NCBI GenBank assembly: GCA_023380635.1
Contig: JAMCRP010000001.1
Location: 405,200-469,199 of the forward strand
Reading direction: 5' to 3'
Source of the DNA: Patescibacteria group bacterium
Lineage (GTDB): Bacteria; Patescibacteriota; Microgenomatia; JAMCZE01
Length of the DNA stretch: 64,000 bases
Below, piece by piece: positions 10,606-20,469 of the stretch. Under the pieces are notes generated by a model that worked only from the letters and a program-made list of their open reading frames with translations, did not search any database and was not told the DNA's origin. How positions within the stretch are numbered: the first letter of the stretch is position 1; each line of letters starts with the position of its first letter. Position numbers and translations under genes: made by a program.

Positions 10606-12094
10606 AAGACTACTAAAACCATTATACCCGCTTCTGGTTGTTCTTGGTATCGTCTTGCTCTTACGCCTCCCCTCTTTGTTTGAACCTTACTGGTATGGCG
10701 ATGAAGGAATTTATTTAGCTTTGGGGCAGGCCATGCGCCGGGGCGCCGTTTTATACCGTGATATCTGGGATAACAAGCCGCCGCTTTTGTACATGATTTA
10801 CGCCATTATTCCTACTCTCTTGTGGGCAAAGATTACTGCGACCGTCTTTGTCCTGGGAACCACCGCGGTTGTTTATAAAATTTCCCGAAACTTTTTAGCG
10901 GCCCTGCTAGCGGGAGTTCTGCTTTCGATACCATTATTAGAAGGCACCATTGCCAACGCCGAATTGTATTTTACTTTGCCGATTGCCCTGGCCGCTTATT
11001 TTTTTCTTATTAACCGGCTTAAACCGGGGTTCATCGGTATCTTGCTGGCAATCGCTTTTCTTTTAAAAGTTCCGGCCGCTTTTGATTTCCTCGGAATGTT
11101 TGCGGCCTATTTACTTATAGATTTTATTGAAGTTCACCCCCGAAACGGCCGGGCCTTCTTTAGTTTTATTTTAAAACAAGTTAAGTTTTTTCTGGCCGTG
11201 GCTCTGATCCCCTTACTTTCCCTTGTTATCCTAACGGTTTATTTTCAGCTCCATCACGCCCTCCCCGATTTTCTCCTGGCAGTGTTTTTCCAAAACGCTT
11301 CTTATGTCACCGTTGATTCCGGCCCCCTCTCGAAATTATCTAATCCTTTATTTATAAAAGGCTTATTGCTCCTGTTTTCCTTATTAATCTTATTGGTTCT
11401 TTTCCTCAAAAAGCGTGTTTCCAAAGAATTTCTGTTCCTTTCTTTCTGGTTTGGTTTTTCGCTCTACGGCGCCTTGCTGTCTAACCGTCCTTATTTGCAT
11501 TATCTCCTCCAGATTGTCCCCCCTGGAGTTATCCTGCTTTTTTACATGTTAAGAAATATCCGCCAATACCTAATCCTTAATACTCTATATTTAATACTTT
11601 TGCTCCTCCTCGCCCGAATGTTTACCGGTGCTTTTGCCTTGGATACCCGGTCCTATTATGCCAACTGGTTTGACTATCTTTCCGAAAGAAAATCCTGGAT
11701 GGATTATGTCAATTATTTTGACAGCCGGACTTCTAATAATTATGACCTGGCAAAGTATATTGATCAAAACACGGGTCCCAATGATCCGATTTTTTTCTGG
11801 GGTGACAACGCTTTTGTTTATGTTGTTTCCAACCGGCCGGCGGCTACCAAGTTTATTCAGGCCCACCATTTGACCACTATCCCCCCGAAAAATTATGATT
11901 TAATCATGCAGCGTTTGGAGAAATATCAGCCAAAATTAATTCTGGTTTCCCGCCCCGCCGGTTTTGCTTTCCCGACTCTGGAAGATTTCCTGAAAAAGAA
12001 TTATCGCCCGACCCAAACTTTTGAAAGTGTTTACGTCTACCGCAGTATCCTTCCCGCCAATCCACCAACTTTTAATCCCCAATATACGAACTAA
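10592..12094 (+). CDS. GT-C fold membrane glycosyltransferase (ArnT/PMT-like)
   Basis: WYGDEGIY, LYRDIWDNKPP, YLHYLLQ; many TMs. Confidence 0.8.
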   Translation: MSRFIRLLKPLYPLLVVLGIVLLLRLPSLFEPYWYGDEGIYLALGQAMRRGAVLYRDIWDNKPPLLYMIYAIIPTLLWAKITATVFVLGTTAVVYKISRNFLAALLAGVLLSIPLLEGTIANAELYFTLPIALAAYFFLINRLKPGFIGILLAIAFLLKVPAAFDFLGMFAAYLLIDFIEVHPRNGRAFFSFILKQVKFFLAVALIPLLSLVILTVYFQLHHALPDFLLAVFFQNASYVTVDSGPLSKLSNPLFIKGLLLLFSLLILLVLFLKKRVSKEFLFLSFWFGFSLYGALLSNRPYLHYLLQIVPPGVILLFYMLRNIRQYLILNTLYLILLLLLARMFTGAFALDTRSYYANWFDYLSERKSWMDYVNYFDSRTSNNYDLAKYIDQNTGPNDPIFFWGDNAFVYVVSNRPAATKFIQAHHLTTIPPKNYDLIMQRLEKYQPKLILVSRPAGFAFPTLEDFLKKNYRPTQTFESVYVYRSILPANPPTFNPQYTN

Positions 12095-13865
12095 ATTGTA
12101 CTTCCAACAAGTGTTCCGGAATGTCGGCAATAAAGCGGCTGATCATGTTTTCCGAGCGGGTACCAAAAAACAATCGCCGCCGCGCGTAGGTCAGGTATAA
12201 CTTTTGTTTAGCCCGGGTGATGCCCACATAGCAGAGTCGGCGTTCTTCTTCCATTTCCAGTCTATCCATTAACGCCCGGCTGTGGGGAAACAACCCCTCT
12301 TCCATTCCCACCATAAAGACCACCGGAAATTCCAGACCCTTAGCGCTGTGGAGAGTCATGAGAGTCACGGCGTTGTTACTGACCCGGCGGTTACTTTCTC
12401 TTTCTACCAGAGCGACATTTTCCAAAAATTCCTCAAGCTTCGGAAATTCCTGGGCCACTGATCGCAACTCTTTAATGTTTTCCAATCTTGCCAGATCTTC
12501 TTCGTTCTCTTGGTCAAACAGTTCCAGATAACCGGTAGCTTTCAAAACATCGTCGAGTAGTTCCAATGTTTGTTTCTTGCTGTAGTCGGTGGTCTGTAAT
12601 CGGTAGTCTTCAAATTTCTCCAGTCTTCCCTTACCAAGTTTCTCGATTCTTTTATAGGAAACCGCGTCTTTGGGATTATGAAAATAGCGAAGATAGGACA
12701 GGACATCTTTTATTTCTTTTCTTTCGTAAAATCGGGTACCTCCAACCAACAAATAAGGTATGCCCTCGTGTAAAAACGCTTCTTCCAGAACCCGTGATTG
12801 GGCGTTGGTCCTGTAAAGCACCGCGTAATTAGAGTAGTTTATTGGTTTACTGGGTGACTGCTTTATTGTTTTTATTATATAGAGCGCTTCATCTTGTTCG
12901 TTTCTCGCTTCGTATAAATGAATTTTTTCTCCTCCATTAGATTCAGTCCACAACTTGAGTATCGGGTGGGACTTATTTTTGGAAATCACATGGAAAGCAG
13001 CGTCGAGAATTTTTTGCGTGGACCGGTAGTTTTGTTCCAGATTAAAAGTTTGGACCCGGGGAAACTCCGCTTTAAATTTTAAGAGATTGCGGTAGTCGGC
13101 TCCCCGCCAGGAATAAATGCTTTGGGAAAAATCCCCGACAACGCAAATGTTTTGGTATTTTTTAGCCAACAGCCGCGTCAGTTCAAATTGGGCGTTATTG
13201 GTGTCCTGATATTCGTCAACCAGAACATATTTCCAGCGCTCCTGGTATTTTTCTAAAGTATTTTTAGAGGTACGAAACAGCCGCACTGTCTCCATTATCA
13301 GATCGTCAAAATCCAAGGCATCGGCTTCCTTTAGGGCTTTTTGATAACTAAGGTATATCTGAGCCACGGTTTCCTGCCAGAAACCCCGGGCGTATTGGGG
13401 ATAGTCCGTTGCGGATATCAGTTGGTTTTTGGCCCCGTTAATGGTTGCCAACACCGCGTTCGGATTGAAATTTTTTGTCGAGATGTCCATTTTCTTCATG
13501 ATATCTTTAATCAGGTCCGAAGAATCGTTGTCGTCATAAATAACATACTTGGAAGAAATGCCGATTTCTTTGCCGTCGACGCGCAAAATTTTGGCGCAAA
13601 TACTATGGAAAGTACCAGCTAACGGCGAGCGGCCGTCAACCAATTGCAGTAACCGCTCCTTCATTTCGTTGGCCGCTTTATTGGTGAAAGTTACCAGGAG
13701 AATTTCTTCCGGGGCCACCTTTTTCTCCGCCATCAGGTACGCAACTCGGTATGTTAAGACCCGGGTTTTACCTGACCCCGCCCCGGCCAAAACCAAGACC
13801 GGTCCCTCGGTTGCCCGCACCGCTTCCTGCTGTTTACTGTTTAGTTTAGATAAAAGCTCTTCCAT
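12072..13865 (-). CDS. pcrA: ATP-dependent DNA helicase PcrA/UvrD
   Basis: AGAGSGKT, VDEYQDTN, QNYRST, TLHSAKGLEF, EERRLCYVGITRA. Confidence 0.95.
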   Translation of the reverse strand: MEELLSKLNSKQQEAVRATEGPVLVLAGAGSGKTRVLTYRVAYLMAEKKVAPEEILLVTFTNKAANEMKERLLQLVDGRSPLAGTFHSICAKILRVDGKEIGISSKYVIYDDNDSSDLIKDIMKKMDISTKNFNPNAVLATINGAKNQLISATDYPQYARGFWQETVAQIYLSYQKALKEADALDFDDLIMETVRLFRTSKNTLEKYQERWKYVLVDEYQDTNNAQFELTRLLAKKYQNICVVGDFSQSIYSWRGADYRNLLKFKAEFPRVQTFNLEQNYRSTQKILDAAFHVISKNKSHPILKLWTESNGGEKIHLYEARNEQDEALYIIKTIKQSPSKPINYSNYAVLYRTNAQSRVLEEAFLHEGIPYLLVGGTRFYERKEIKDVLSYLRYFHNPKDAVSYKRIEKLGKGRLEKFEDYRLQTTDYSKKQTLELLDDVLKATGYLELFDQENEEDLARLENIKELRSVAQEFPKLEEFLENVALVERESNRRVSNNAVTLMTLHSAKGLEFPVVFMVGMEEGLFPHSRALMDRLEMEEERRLCYVGITRAKQKLYLTYARRRLFFGTRSENMISRFIADIPEHLLEVQFSSYIGD

Positions 13866-13888
13866 CGTGTTAGAATATTTTAGTCGTA

Positions 13889-14569
13889 ATGGAAAACAAT
13901 TTCTTAATCGTCGCCAATTGGAAAGCCTTCACACCTGAAACTAAAAAATGGTTTCAGGAATTTTCAATTCGAAATTTACAATTCGAAAACAAAATCGAAA
14001 TTGCGATCGCCCCCTCATTCCCATTAATTTCCAGTGTTTCTCAAGAAATTCAAATTTCAAATTTAAAATTTCAAATTGCTTCGCAGGATGTTTCCCGATT
14101 TCCCGAAGGGCCGTATACCGGTGAAGTCCCGGCCGCTATTTTAGCAAAAATTGGCGTGAAATATTGCCTCGTGGGCCACTCGGAACGACGCAAAAATTTT
14201 GGCGAAATGGCAGATATTGTAGCCGAAAAAGTTAAACAACTTTTGGCAAACGGAATTACTCCGATTGTCTGCGCCCGCAATCTGTCAGATATTCCCGATG
14301 TTCCTAATTTGCCCTATGTCATGTACGAACCCGAAGAAGCCATCAGCACCAACGGAATTTATCATCCGGAGTCGCCGGAAAACATTAATAAAGTCCTGTC
14401 TGAGTGGCAAACCATTCTTCCCGGGACGAAATTTTTATATGGCGGCAGTGTTAATCCTGATTTCAAATTTCAAATTTCAAATTTCAAATTAATCTCTGGT
14501 CTTGTTGTCGGTCACGCCTCTTTAGATTCGGCTTCGTTTTCTGCTATTATTAATTCTCTGCAATCATAA
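13889..14569 (+). CDS. tpiA: triosephosphate isomerase (short form)
   Basis: ANWK, GPYTGEV, GHSERR, YEP, YGGSV, VGHASL. Confidence 0.93.
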   Translation: MENNFLIVANWKAFTPETKKWFQEFSIRNLQFENKIEIAIAPSFPLISSVSQEIQISNLKFQIASQDVSRFPEGPYTGEVPAAILAKIGVKYCLVGHSERRKNFGEMADIVAEKVKQLLANGITPIVCARNLSDIPDVPNLPYVMYEPEEAISTNGIYHPESPENINKVLSEWQTILPGTKFLYGGSVNPDFKFQISNFKLISGLVVGHASLDSASFSAIINSLQS

Positions 14570-14571
14570 AC

Positions 14572-15663
14572 ATGCCCTGGAAACGATTCAAGCGAAAAAT
14601 TTTTTCCCGGCCACGGCTAATCCGGTCAATTGGCATTGGAATTATTTGTTTCGCTTTCCTGGCTTTTATTTTTTATCTTTTATCCCCGTATTTGTCCCCC
14701 GTAGTAAAAACCGGCCAGAAAATTATTCTGCCGCAAAATAACTTTACTCTGAAAAATGATAACGGCCGAACCAATATCCTGGTTTTGGGCGTGGGCGGAG
14801 GAACTCACGACGGGCCGAATCTAACAGATACGATGATTGTCGTTTCGGCTGTAACTAAACTACCAAAAGATAACACTCCCGTACCGCCAATAACCTTAAT
14901 TTCTATTCCCAGAGATATCTACCTGGACTCTTTGCCGGGAAAAATCAACAGCGCTTATGACCTTGGAGGCTTAACCCAGGCGGAAACTGCCGTGGCTACG
15001 GTTACCGGTCTGCCAATCCATTATGCCGTGAGGATTGATTTTTCGGTCTTCGAAAAAATTATTGACACCATCGGCGGCATTGATGTGAATGTGACAAATA
15101 CTTTAGACGACTATCAGTATCCTATTGATGGTAAAGAAAATGATACCTGCGGTTTTTCTGAGGCGGAAGTGGCTTCCCGGGCAGCAACTATTATTGACGA
15201 CCAGACAGCCTTTGCCGCTTTCCCCTGCCGCTATGAACATTTGCATTTTGATCCCGGTCTGCAACACATGGACGGAACCACGGCTCTAAAATTTGTCCGC
15301 AGCCGCCATGCTCAGTGGCCGGAAGGCTCGGATTTTGCCCGTTCCCAGCGTCAGCAGCTGGTGATTAAAGCCATCCGGGACAAGGTTTTTACTTTACCGT
15401 CGCTTCTCAATGTCGGCCAGGATCTGGCCATTTATAACCAGCTGAAATCCCATATCGACACCGATTTTGATTTTTCCTCGCCGCAGGATCTTCTAAACTT
15501 GGCTCTAAAATACCGCAGCGCCTCGCTACGCAGCATCACTCTGGACGAAAATGTCTTAGTTAATCCTCCACAAGACCAAAGGGGTTGGATCCTAATACCC
15601 AAAAACGGCTCCTGGGATGAAATTCACCAGCTGATCGCTACAGAATCAGGCCAAGCCCAATAA
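14572..15663 (+). CDS. LCP (LytR-CpsA-Psr) family protein
   Basis: TM, then LTDTMI, SIPRD, KINSAY, FVRSRH, SDFARSQRQQ. Confidence 0.93.
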   Translation: MPWKRFKRKIFSRPRLIRSIGIGIICFAFLAFIFYLLSPYLSPVVKTGQKIILPQNNFTLKNDNGRTNILVLGVGGGTHDGPNLTDTMIVVSAVTKLPKDNTPVPPITLISIPRDIYLDSLPGKINSAYDLGGLTQAETAVATVTGLPIHYAVRIDFSVFEKIIDTIGGIDVNVTNTLDDYQYPIDGKENDTCGFSEAEVASRAATIIDDQTAFAAFPCRYEHLHFDPGLQHMDGTTALKFVRSRHAQWPEGSDFARSQRQQLVIKAIRDKVFTLPSLLNVGQDLAIYNQLKSHIDTDFDFSSPQDLLNLALKYRSASLRSITLDENVLVNPPQDQRGWILIPKNGSWDEIHQLIATESGQAQ

Positions 15664-16975
15664 CTATTGCCCCTATTCCACCGCCAAGAATCAACAGGGT
15701 GGTTTCCAAAGCTCCGGTCGTTGGCGTTTGCGGAGGTTGAGCCGGCGGCTGGTTTTCCGGGGTAGCGGTGGGCGTGGCCGGCGGTTCCTCAATTGGTTGC
15801 GGCGTCGGTGTGGGTGCCGGCGCACAATCAGCGTCAGCGGAGCAGGTGTCCTGGCCCAGGCCATTTACTTTAACACAGGCGTTATTTACGCAGGCAAAGT
15901 GCGAAGTCGTGGCCGAAGGTGTTCCTGAAGTCACCGGCAAGATGGAAGTGTCCGCGGAGACATAAAAAGTTCTGGTGATGGTTTGGGTTGTTCCGTCAGG
16001 ATTAACCACCGTGATTGTGGCCGTGTGCTGCCCGGGAGAAAGGGCGGCCGGCGGGGTCCAGGACCAGTTGCCGCTTGGATCAGCTTTTACCGTTCCTGAA
16101 TAAACCGTCGACGAATGCACGGTAATAGAGACCATCTGGTTGGGTCCGGCAGTGCCTTTAATTGTGGGTAGCGGCGTTGACACCGTTTCGTTATTTTTTA
16201 AAGTCACCTCTAAAGTTCCGCCGCTGGGAGAAGCAGAACCAGTATTAAGACTTACCTGAAAACCTGTCGCGCCGGAAGAAGTCGCTGTCGGTGCCTGAAC
16301 CTGGCCGTTTTGTCCACAACTGGTGCTGTCACCGATTTTAACCGTCGGCAGCGGTTTATCCTGGCCATTAGTACAACTTATGGTTGCCGCGGTTCCGTCA
16401 GCCGCATAAATCTTCACTGTTTCCGCCTGACCTGCCGTAGTTACTACCGGCAGAACATAACTTCCCGAGGCGTTCGTTAAAGCTGCTACTTTCTCTGTTG
16501 GTTTATCGGTCTGCCAGACCACAATCGCATCAGACAGCGGCACACCCGTCGTGTCCGTCACTTTGCCAAAAATCGGATCGGTTACCTGATTATCAGGAAC
16601 CATTTTGGTTGTCACCTGAAGCGGTTGCCCTGAAGGAGCGTCGCTGACTTTGACATAATAAGTCGTAGCCGCCGTAAGACCGGTTACCCGGATAAAATGG
16701 CTTGCTGACTGACCATTGTCGGTCGCCGTTTCATTTGTTGCCCCTTCACTAAGACCGTAGGAAACCACGCCCACTGTCTTGCTCTGGGCAACCCAAAAAA
16801 CCGTGAAGCTGGTGTCGGAAACATTGGCGATATCAGCTGGCACCAGCAAAATCTGGTCGGAACTGGCTTTGGAAAATAAACTGGTCACATTTTTAACCAG
16901 AGAGGTTGTCACGGCCATTACTCCCACCAGAGCGACAACCATTATTAATCCGACAGCCGTAGGAATTTTTCTCAT
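15638..16975 (-). CDS. surface protein with FN3/Ig-like domains and C-terminal TPTTG + TM sorting-like signal
   Basis: N-terminal TM, beta-rich domains, GNWSWTPP Ig repeat, Pro/Thr linker, TPTTG followed by hydrophobic tail. Confidence 0.8.
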   Translation of the reverse strand: MRKIPTAVGLIMVVALVGVMAVTTSLVKNVTSLFSKASSDQILLVPADIANVSDTSFTVFWVAQSKTVGVVSYGLSEGATNETATDNGQSASHFIRVTGLTAATTYYVKVSDAPSGQPLQVTTKMVPDNQVTDPIFGKVTDTTGVPLSDAIVVWQTDKPTEKVAALTNASGSYVLPVVTTAGQAETVKIYAADGTAATISCTNGQDKPLPTVKIGDSTSCGQNGQVQAPTATSSGATGFQVSLNTGSASPSGGTLEVTLKNNETVSTPLPTIKGTAGPNQMVSITVHSSTVYSGTVKADPSGNWSWTPPAALSPGQHTATITVVNPDGTTQTITRTFYVSADTSILPVTSGTPSATTSHFACVNNACVKVNGLGQDTCSADADCAPAPTPTPQPIEEPPATPTATPENQPPAQPPQTPTTGALETTLLILGGGIGAIVIGLGLIL

Positions 16976-17163
16976 GGCTCCTTTTTACTTAAAGTAGTAA
17001 AGATATCCTGATTAATTGTCGGCGAGAGTGGCGTCATAATTTTTTCCACATCTGCCGGGATAGTTGACCGGCGAATGTTTGCCGCGGCAGAAGTAATCGC
17101 CCAGGATGCCGCCAGAGCAAAAGCTAAAACCGCGATAATCAACCAGTTGCGATTCTTTTTCAT
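16972..17163 (-). CDS. small membrane protein of the pilNO operon
   Basis: 63 aa, single TM, 4-nt overlaps with both neighbours. Confidence 0.7.
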   Translation of the reverse strand: MKKNRNWLIIAVLAFALAASWAITSAAANIRRSTIPADVEKIMTPLSPTINQDIFTTLSKKEP

Positions 17164-17807
17164 TGGCTTCTGTAATAATATCCCTGACCGGAAACATTAA
17201 TCGATAGCCCGCCTGCTTGGCTCTCTATCCAGGAAAAAGACAGCGACGAAAGTCGGATATAGCGCAGTTGGTTTTCCAGTCTTCCCAGGAAATCTCGGGT
17301 CTGAAGCTCAGTGCCGTTAACCGCCAGAGAAAAATTAACCGTCGGTAAGTTTGCCACTGTCACTGCTTTCTTCTCCGTTTTACCGGCGGTTTTGGCCGCT
17401 TCCGTTGACAAGGGAATATCCTCAAACTGTAAACCGGAAAGCGTGACTCCCGCGGCCGTGGCTGTTTTATGCAAATCAAAAATCAAATCCTGGGGTTGGG
17501 GTTCCGTTGGCAGTGCAGTCTCCAAAAGGGGCAGCTGCGGGCTAATGCGCTGATAGACATCCTCTGCCAAAACCAGCGCGTTAACTTTATCGTTAAGCGC
17601 TTTCAGGATCCGGTTCTGATCGTCAATCTTTTTGCGCAGCCCCAGAATAATATTGATTGTCGGCGACAGGGCAAACAAAATCAGGAAAGTGATTAAAATC
17701 AACGAGGCAATCAGGGCAAAATAACTGCGGACAACCGGATCCGTCAGGACAGGCTGGATGTAGGCAAAGTAGCGCCGGTATCGGGCTGAATTACTGCTTG
17801 TGGCCAT
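17160..17807 (-). CDS. pilO: type IV pilus assembly protein PilO-like
   Basis: TM + coiled coil + ALP motif + FLGRLENQLRYI; follows pilN. Confidence 0.75.
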   Translation of the reverse strand: MATSSNSARYRRYFAYIQPVLTDPVVRSYFALIASLILITFLILFALSPTINIILGLRKKIDDQNRILKALNDKVNALVLAEDVYQRISPQLPLLETALPTEPQPQDLIFDLHKTATAAGVTLSGLQFEDIPLSTEAAKTAGKTEKKAVTVANLPTVNFSLAVNGTELQTRDFLGRLENQLRYIRLSSLSFSWIESQAGGLSINVSGQGYYYRSQ

Positions 17808-18342
17808 AGTCTGCTTTCAAAGAAAAATCAACAACACCGTAAACATCCTTCTTAGCGATCCGCTCGACATTAATATTGGAAAAGTTCGGTGAGTTTTGAA
17901 ACCCGGTTACCATGGTTTCCAAAAGATTTTCGTCGGCGCTTCCGGCAAAGGCAATCATTTGCGGGTTAATGCTCAGCTGAACCAAAGTTACTCCATTGGG
18001 AATCAGTTTTTTAGTCTGATCGTAAACCGTCAGAGTAGAAGTTGCTTTTTCCAGCTGGCCGGCTTTGTCTACCTTGTCCGAAACTGTCCGAAATTCTTTC
18101 TCAAAATCCGCCAGGGCCAAAACAACCGCCTTTTGCCGGTCAATTTTGTCGTTTAAATCCGCCACCACCGTATCCAGCCAAAAGCGGGATAAAAAGGCCC
18201 CGATAACAATTAATTCTGTTAAAACTACAATCCGCCGGCCCCAGGTCAGCGCCCATTTAATAAATTTTCCTCCCGAGGTGTTTTCCAGTTCATCCCCAGA
18301 CAACAGATTTAATTCCGGTGTGGGAAATTTTTCCTCCGGCAT
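17791..18342 (-). CDS. pilN: type IV pilus assembly protein PilN-like
   Basis: LNLL motif, TM, coiled coil, IPNGVTL..SPNFSNI. Confidence 0.75.
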   Translation of the reverse strand: MPEEKFPTPELNLLSGDELENTSGGKFIKWALTWGRRIVVLTELIVIGAFLSRFWLDTVVADLNDKIDRQKAVVLALADFEKEFRTVSDKVDKAGQLEKATSTLTVYDQTKKLIPNGVTLVQLSINPQMIAFAGSADENLLETMVTGFQNSPNFSNINVERIAKKDVYGVVDFSLKADYGHKQ

Positions 18343-18405
18343 AACTTTAATCAGAATAGATTATCCGAGGCAAAGAATCAATGTAGCAGAAGAAAAAATC
18401 CGGAG

Positions 18406-18705
18406 CTATTTCTTGGCAGTTTTCGTCTTGGCAGCTTTTGGTTTAGCTTCGCCTTTGGCTTTAGTCTCAGTTTTGGGCAAACGCTTAGACAGCCGGCTCT
18501 TTAGACGGGCTGCTTTATTTTTGTGAATCACGTTATTTTTTGCCGCCTTATCCAAAGCGGATACCGCCTTTGAGTAGGCCGCTACCGTCGGGTTTTTTTT
18601 AAAGGCATCGATCAGTTCTTTGACCTGCTTTTTGACCCCACGGTTCTGGGCCTCGTGACTTCGGGCCTGTTTTAATTTCTTAATGGCTGACTGGATTACT
18701 GGCAT
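18406..18705 (-). CDS. rpsT: 30S ribosomal protein S20
   Basis: MPVIQSAIKKLKQ...LDKAAKNNVIHKNKAARLKSRL. Confidence 0.96.
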   Translation of the reverse strand: MPVIQSAIKKLKQARSHEAQNRGVKKQVKELIDAFKKNPTVAAYSKAVSALDKAAKNNVIHKNKAARLKSRLSKRLPKTETKAKGEAKPKAAKTKTAKK

Positions 18706-18746
18706 ATGTTAATTCTGATTTTAGCATAGTACAATGCTTCGTAGCA

Positions 18747-20459
18747 ATGGTTAACAACCTGATTAAAAACGGCCGGGATCTTCTCTTTAGGCGCCAAACA
18801 AATATCCTTTCTGCCGCCACGGTTATTGCCGCCGCCGTTTTGCTCTCCCGTCTCCTGGGTCTTTTTAAATACCGTCTCTTGACCGGCCGGTTTTCCGTTT
18901 CGGATATCGGAGTTTTCATTACTGCTTTCCGTTTGCCCAACACCGTCTTTGATCTGATTGTTATGGGCGCTTTGACGACTGCTTTTATCCCGGTTTTTAC
19001 TTCATACATTGCCAAAGATAAAACTGAAGATGCCAACCGCATCGCCTCAACTGTCTTAAATCTGAGTATCCTCATTTTTCTTCTTTTTTCTTTCCTGTTT
19101 TTCGTTTTTACCGACCCGCTGATGCATCTTATTGCCCCGGGCCTGTCGCCACGGGAAATGTCTTTAGCCATTCCTTTCACCCGGATCATGCTTTTGGGCC
19201 AAACCCTGCCGCTCATTTTAGGCAACTTCTTGACCGGAATCCTGCAATCACACAAGCGGTTTCTGGTTCCGGCTCTGGCTCCGGTGGTCTATAACATCGG
19301 CATAATTTTGGGCATTCTTTTCCTGTCGCCGAGTTTAGGGTTGTATGGTGCGGTTTGGGGCGTGGTTCTGGGTGCGTTTCTTTTCATGCTGATCCAGATT
19401 CCCCTGTGCGCCCATTTGGATTTTCATTATCAGCTTAAGTTTGACCTGAGACATCCCGGCGTAACCGAAATCGGCCGACTGATTGTCCCGCGCACTTTGG
19501 GCCTGGCCGTGACCCAGTTGAACTATTTTGCCAACCTGGCTATTTCTTCCTTAATTTCCACCCGGGCGATCACCATCTTTTCTTTTGCCCAGCAACTGGA
19601 ACAACTCCCTATCGGGGTTTTTGCTGCTACTATCGCTCAGGCCGCTTTGCCAACTTTATCTGAAGAACATGGCAAAGATGATAATTTTGCTAACTTTAAA
19701 AAAACTTTTCTTACCTCGCTCCACCAGATTCTGTTTCTGGTTTGCCCGGCCGCGGCCATTCTGATTGTTTTGCGCATTCCGATCGTTCGCCTGGTTTACG
19801 GAGCTTCCAAGTTTGACTGGCCGGCAACTGTCGAAACCGGCCGGACCCTGGCTTTTTTAAGCATTGGCTTAATTGCCGAAGCGGCCATCAATTTATTAGT
19901 CCGGGGATTTTATGCGTTGCATAACAGCAAAACCCCGGTGATTGTGGGCAGCCTGACTGTTTTACTTAATATTGCCCTGTCCTTTAGTTTTATTTTCCTA
20001 TTTCCCATCTGGGGAAAATCGGTTCTCGGTCTGGCTGCCGCTTCCGCCATCGCCGATAGTCTTTACGCCTTAATTTTAATTTACCTGCTTAACCGGGCCG
20101 TCCATTCCTTCGAGCCGCAAGCGTTGCTTTTGCCCGCCGGCAAAATTCTCTTTGCCGCCGCCTTGACCGGTTTTTCCCTCTATGTTCCCATGAAACTTTT
20201 AGACCAGCTGGTTTTTGACACCACCCGCACCGCGCCGTTAATTATGCTTTCCGCCACTGTCAGTCTGATCGGCTTAACCGTTTATCTCTTTTTAACCTGG
20301 GTTCTCCAAATCGAAGAACTGAAGTCTTTCCTGAGCCTGTTTGGCCAGCTCGGGCATGTCTTCTTTGCTGCCGAAGATCAGGTGGAACGGGCGGTTTCCG
20401 ATGTCGTCACCGAGACCGCTCCGGTGGAAATTCCCCCACAAACTCCCGAAGTAAGGTAA
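18747..20459 (+). CDS. murJ: lipid II flippase MurJ
   Basis: SRLLGL, AFRLPN, GALTTAFIPVF, QLPIGVF; about 14 TMs. Confidence 0.94.
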   Translation: MVNNLIKNGRDLLFRRQTNILSAATVIAAAVLLSRLLGLFKYRLLTGRFSVSDIGVFITAFRLPNTVFDLIVMGALTTAFIPVFTSYIAKDKTEDANRIASTVLNLSILIFLLFSFLFFVFTDPLMHLIAPGLSPREMSLAIPFTRIMLLGQTLPLILGNFLTGILQSHKRFLVPALAPVVYNIGIILGILFLSPSLGLYGAVWGVVLGAFLFMLIQIPLCAHLDFHYQLKFDLRHPGVTEIGRLIVPRTLGLAVTQLNYFANLAISSLISTRAITIFSFAQQLEQLPIGVFAATIAQAALPTLSEEHGKDDNFANFKKTFLTSLHQILFLVCPAAAILIVLRIPIVRLVYGASKFDWPATVETGRTLAFLSIGLIAEAAINLLVRGFYALHNSKTPVIVGSLTVLLNIALSFSFIFLFPIWGKSVLGLAAASAIADSLYALILIYLLNRAVHSFEPQALLLPAGKILFAAALTGFSLYVPMKLLDQLVFDTTRTAPLIMLSATVSLIGLTVYLFLTWVLQIEELKSFLSLFGQLGHVFFAAEDQVERAVSDVVTETAPVEIPPQTPEVR

Positions 20460-20469
20460 AATTAGCCTC

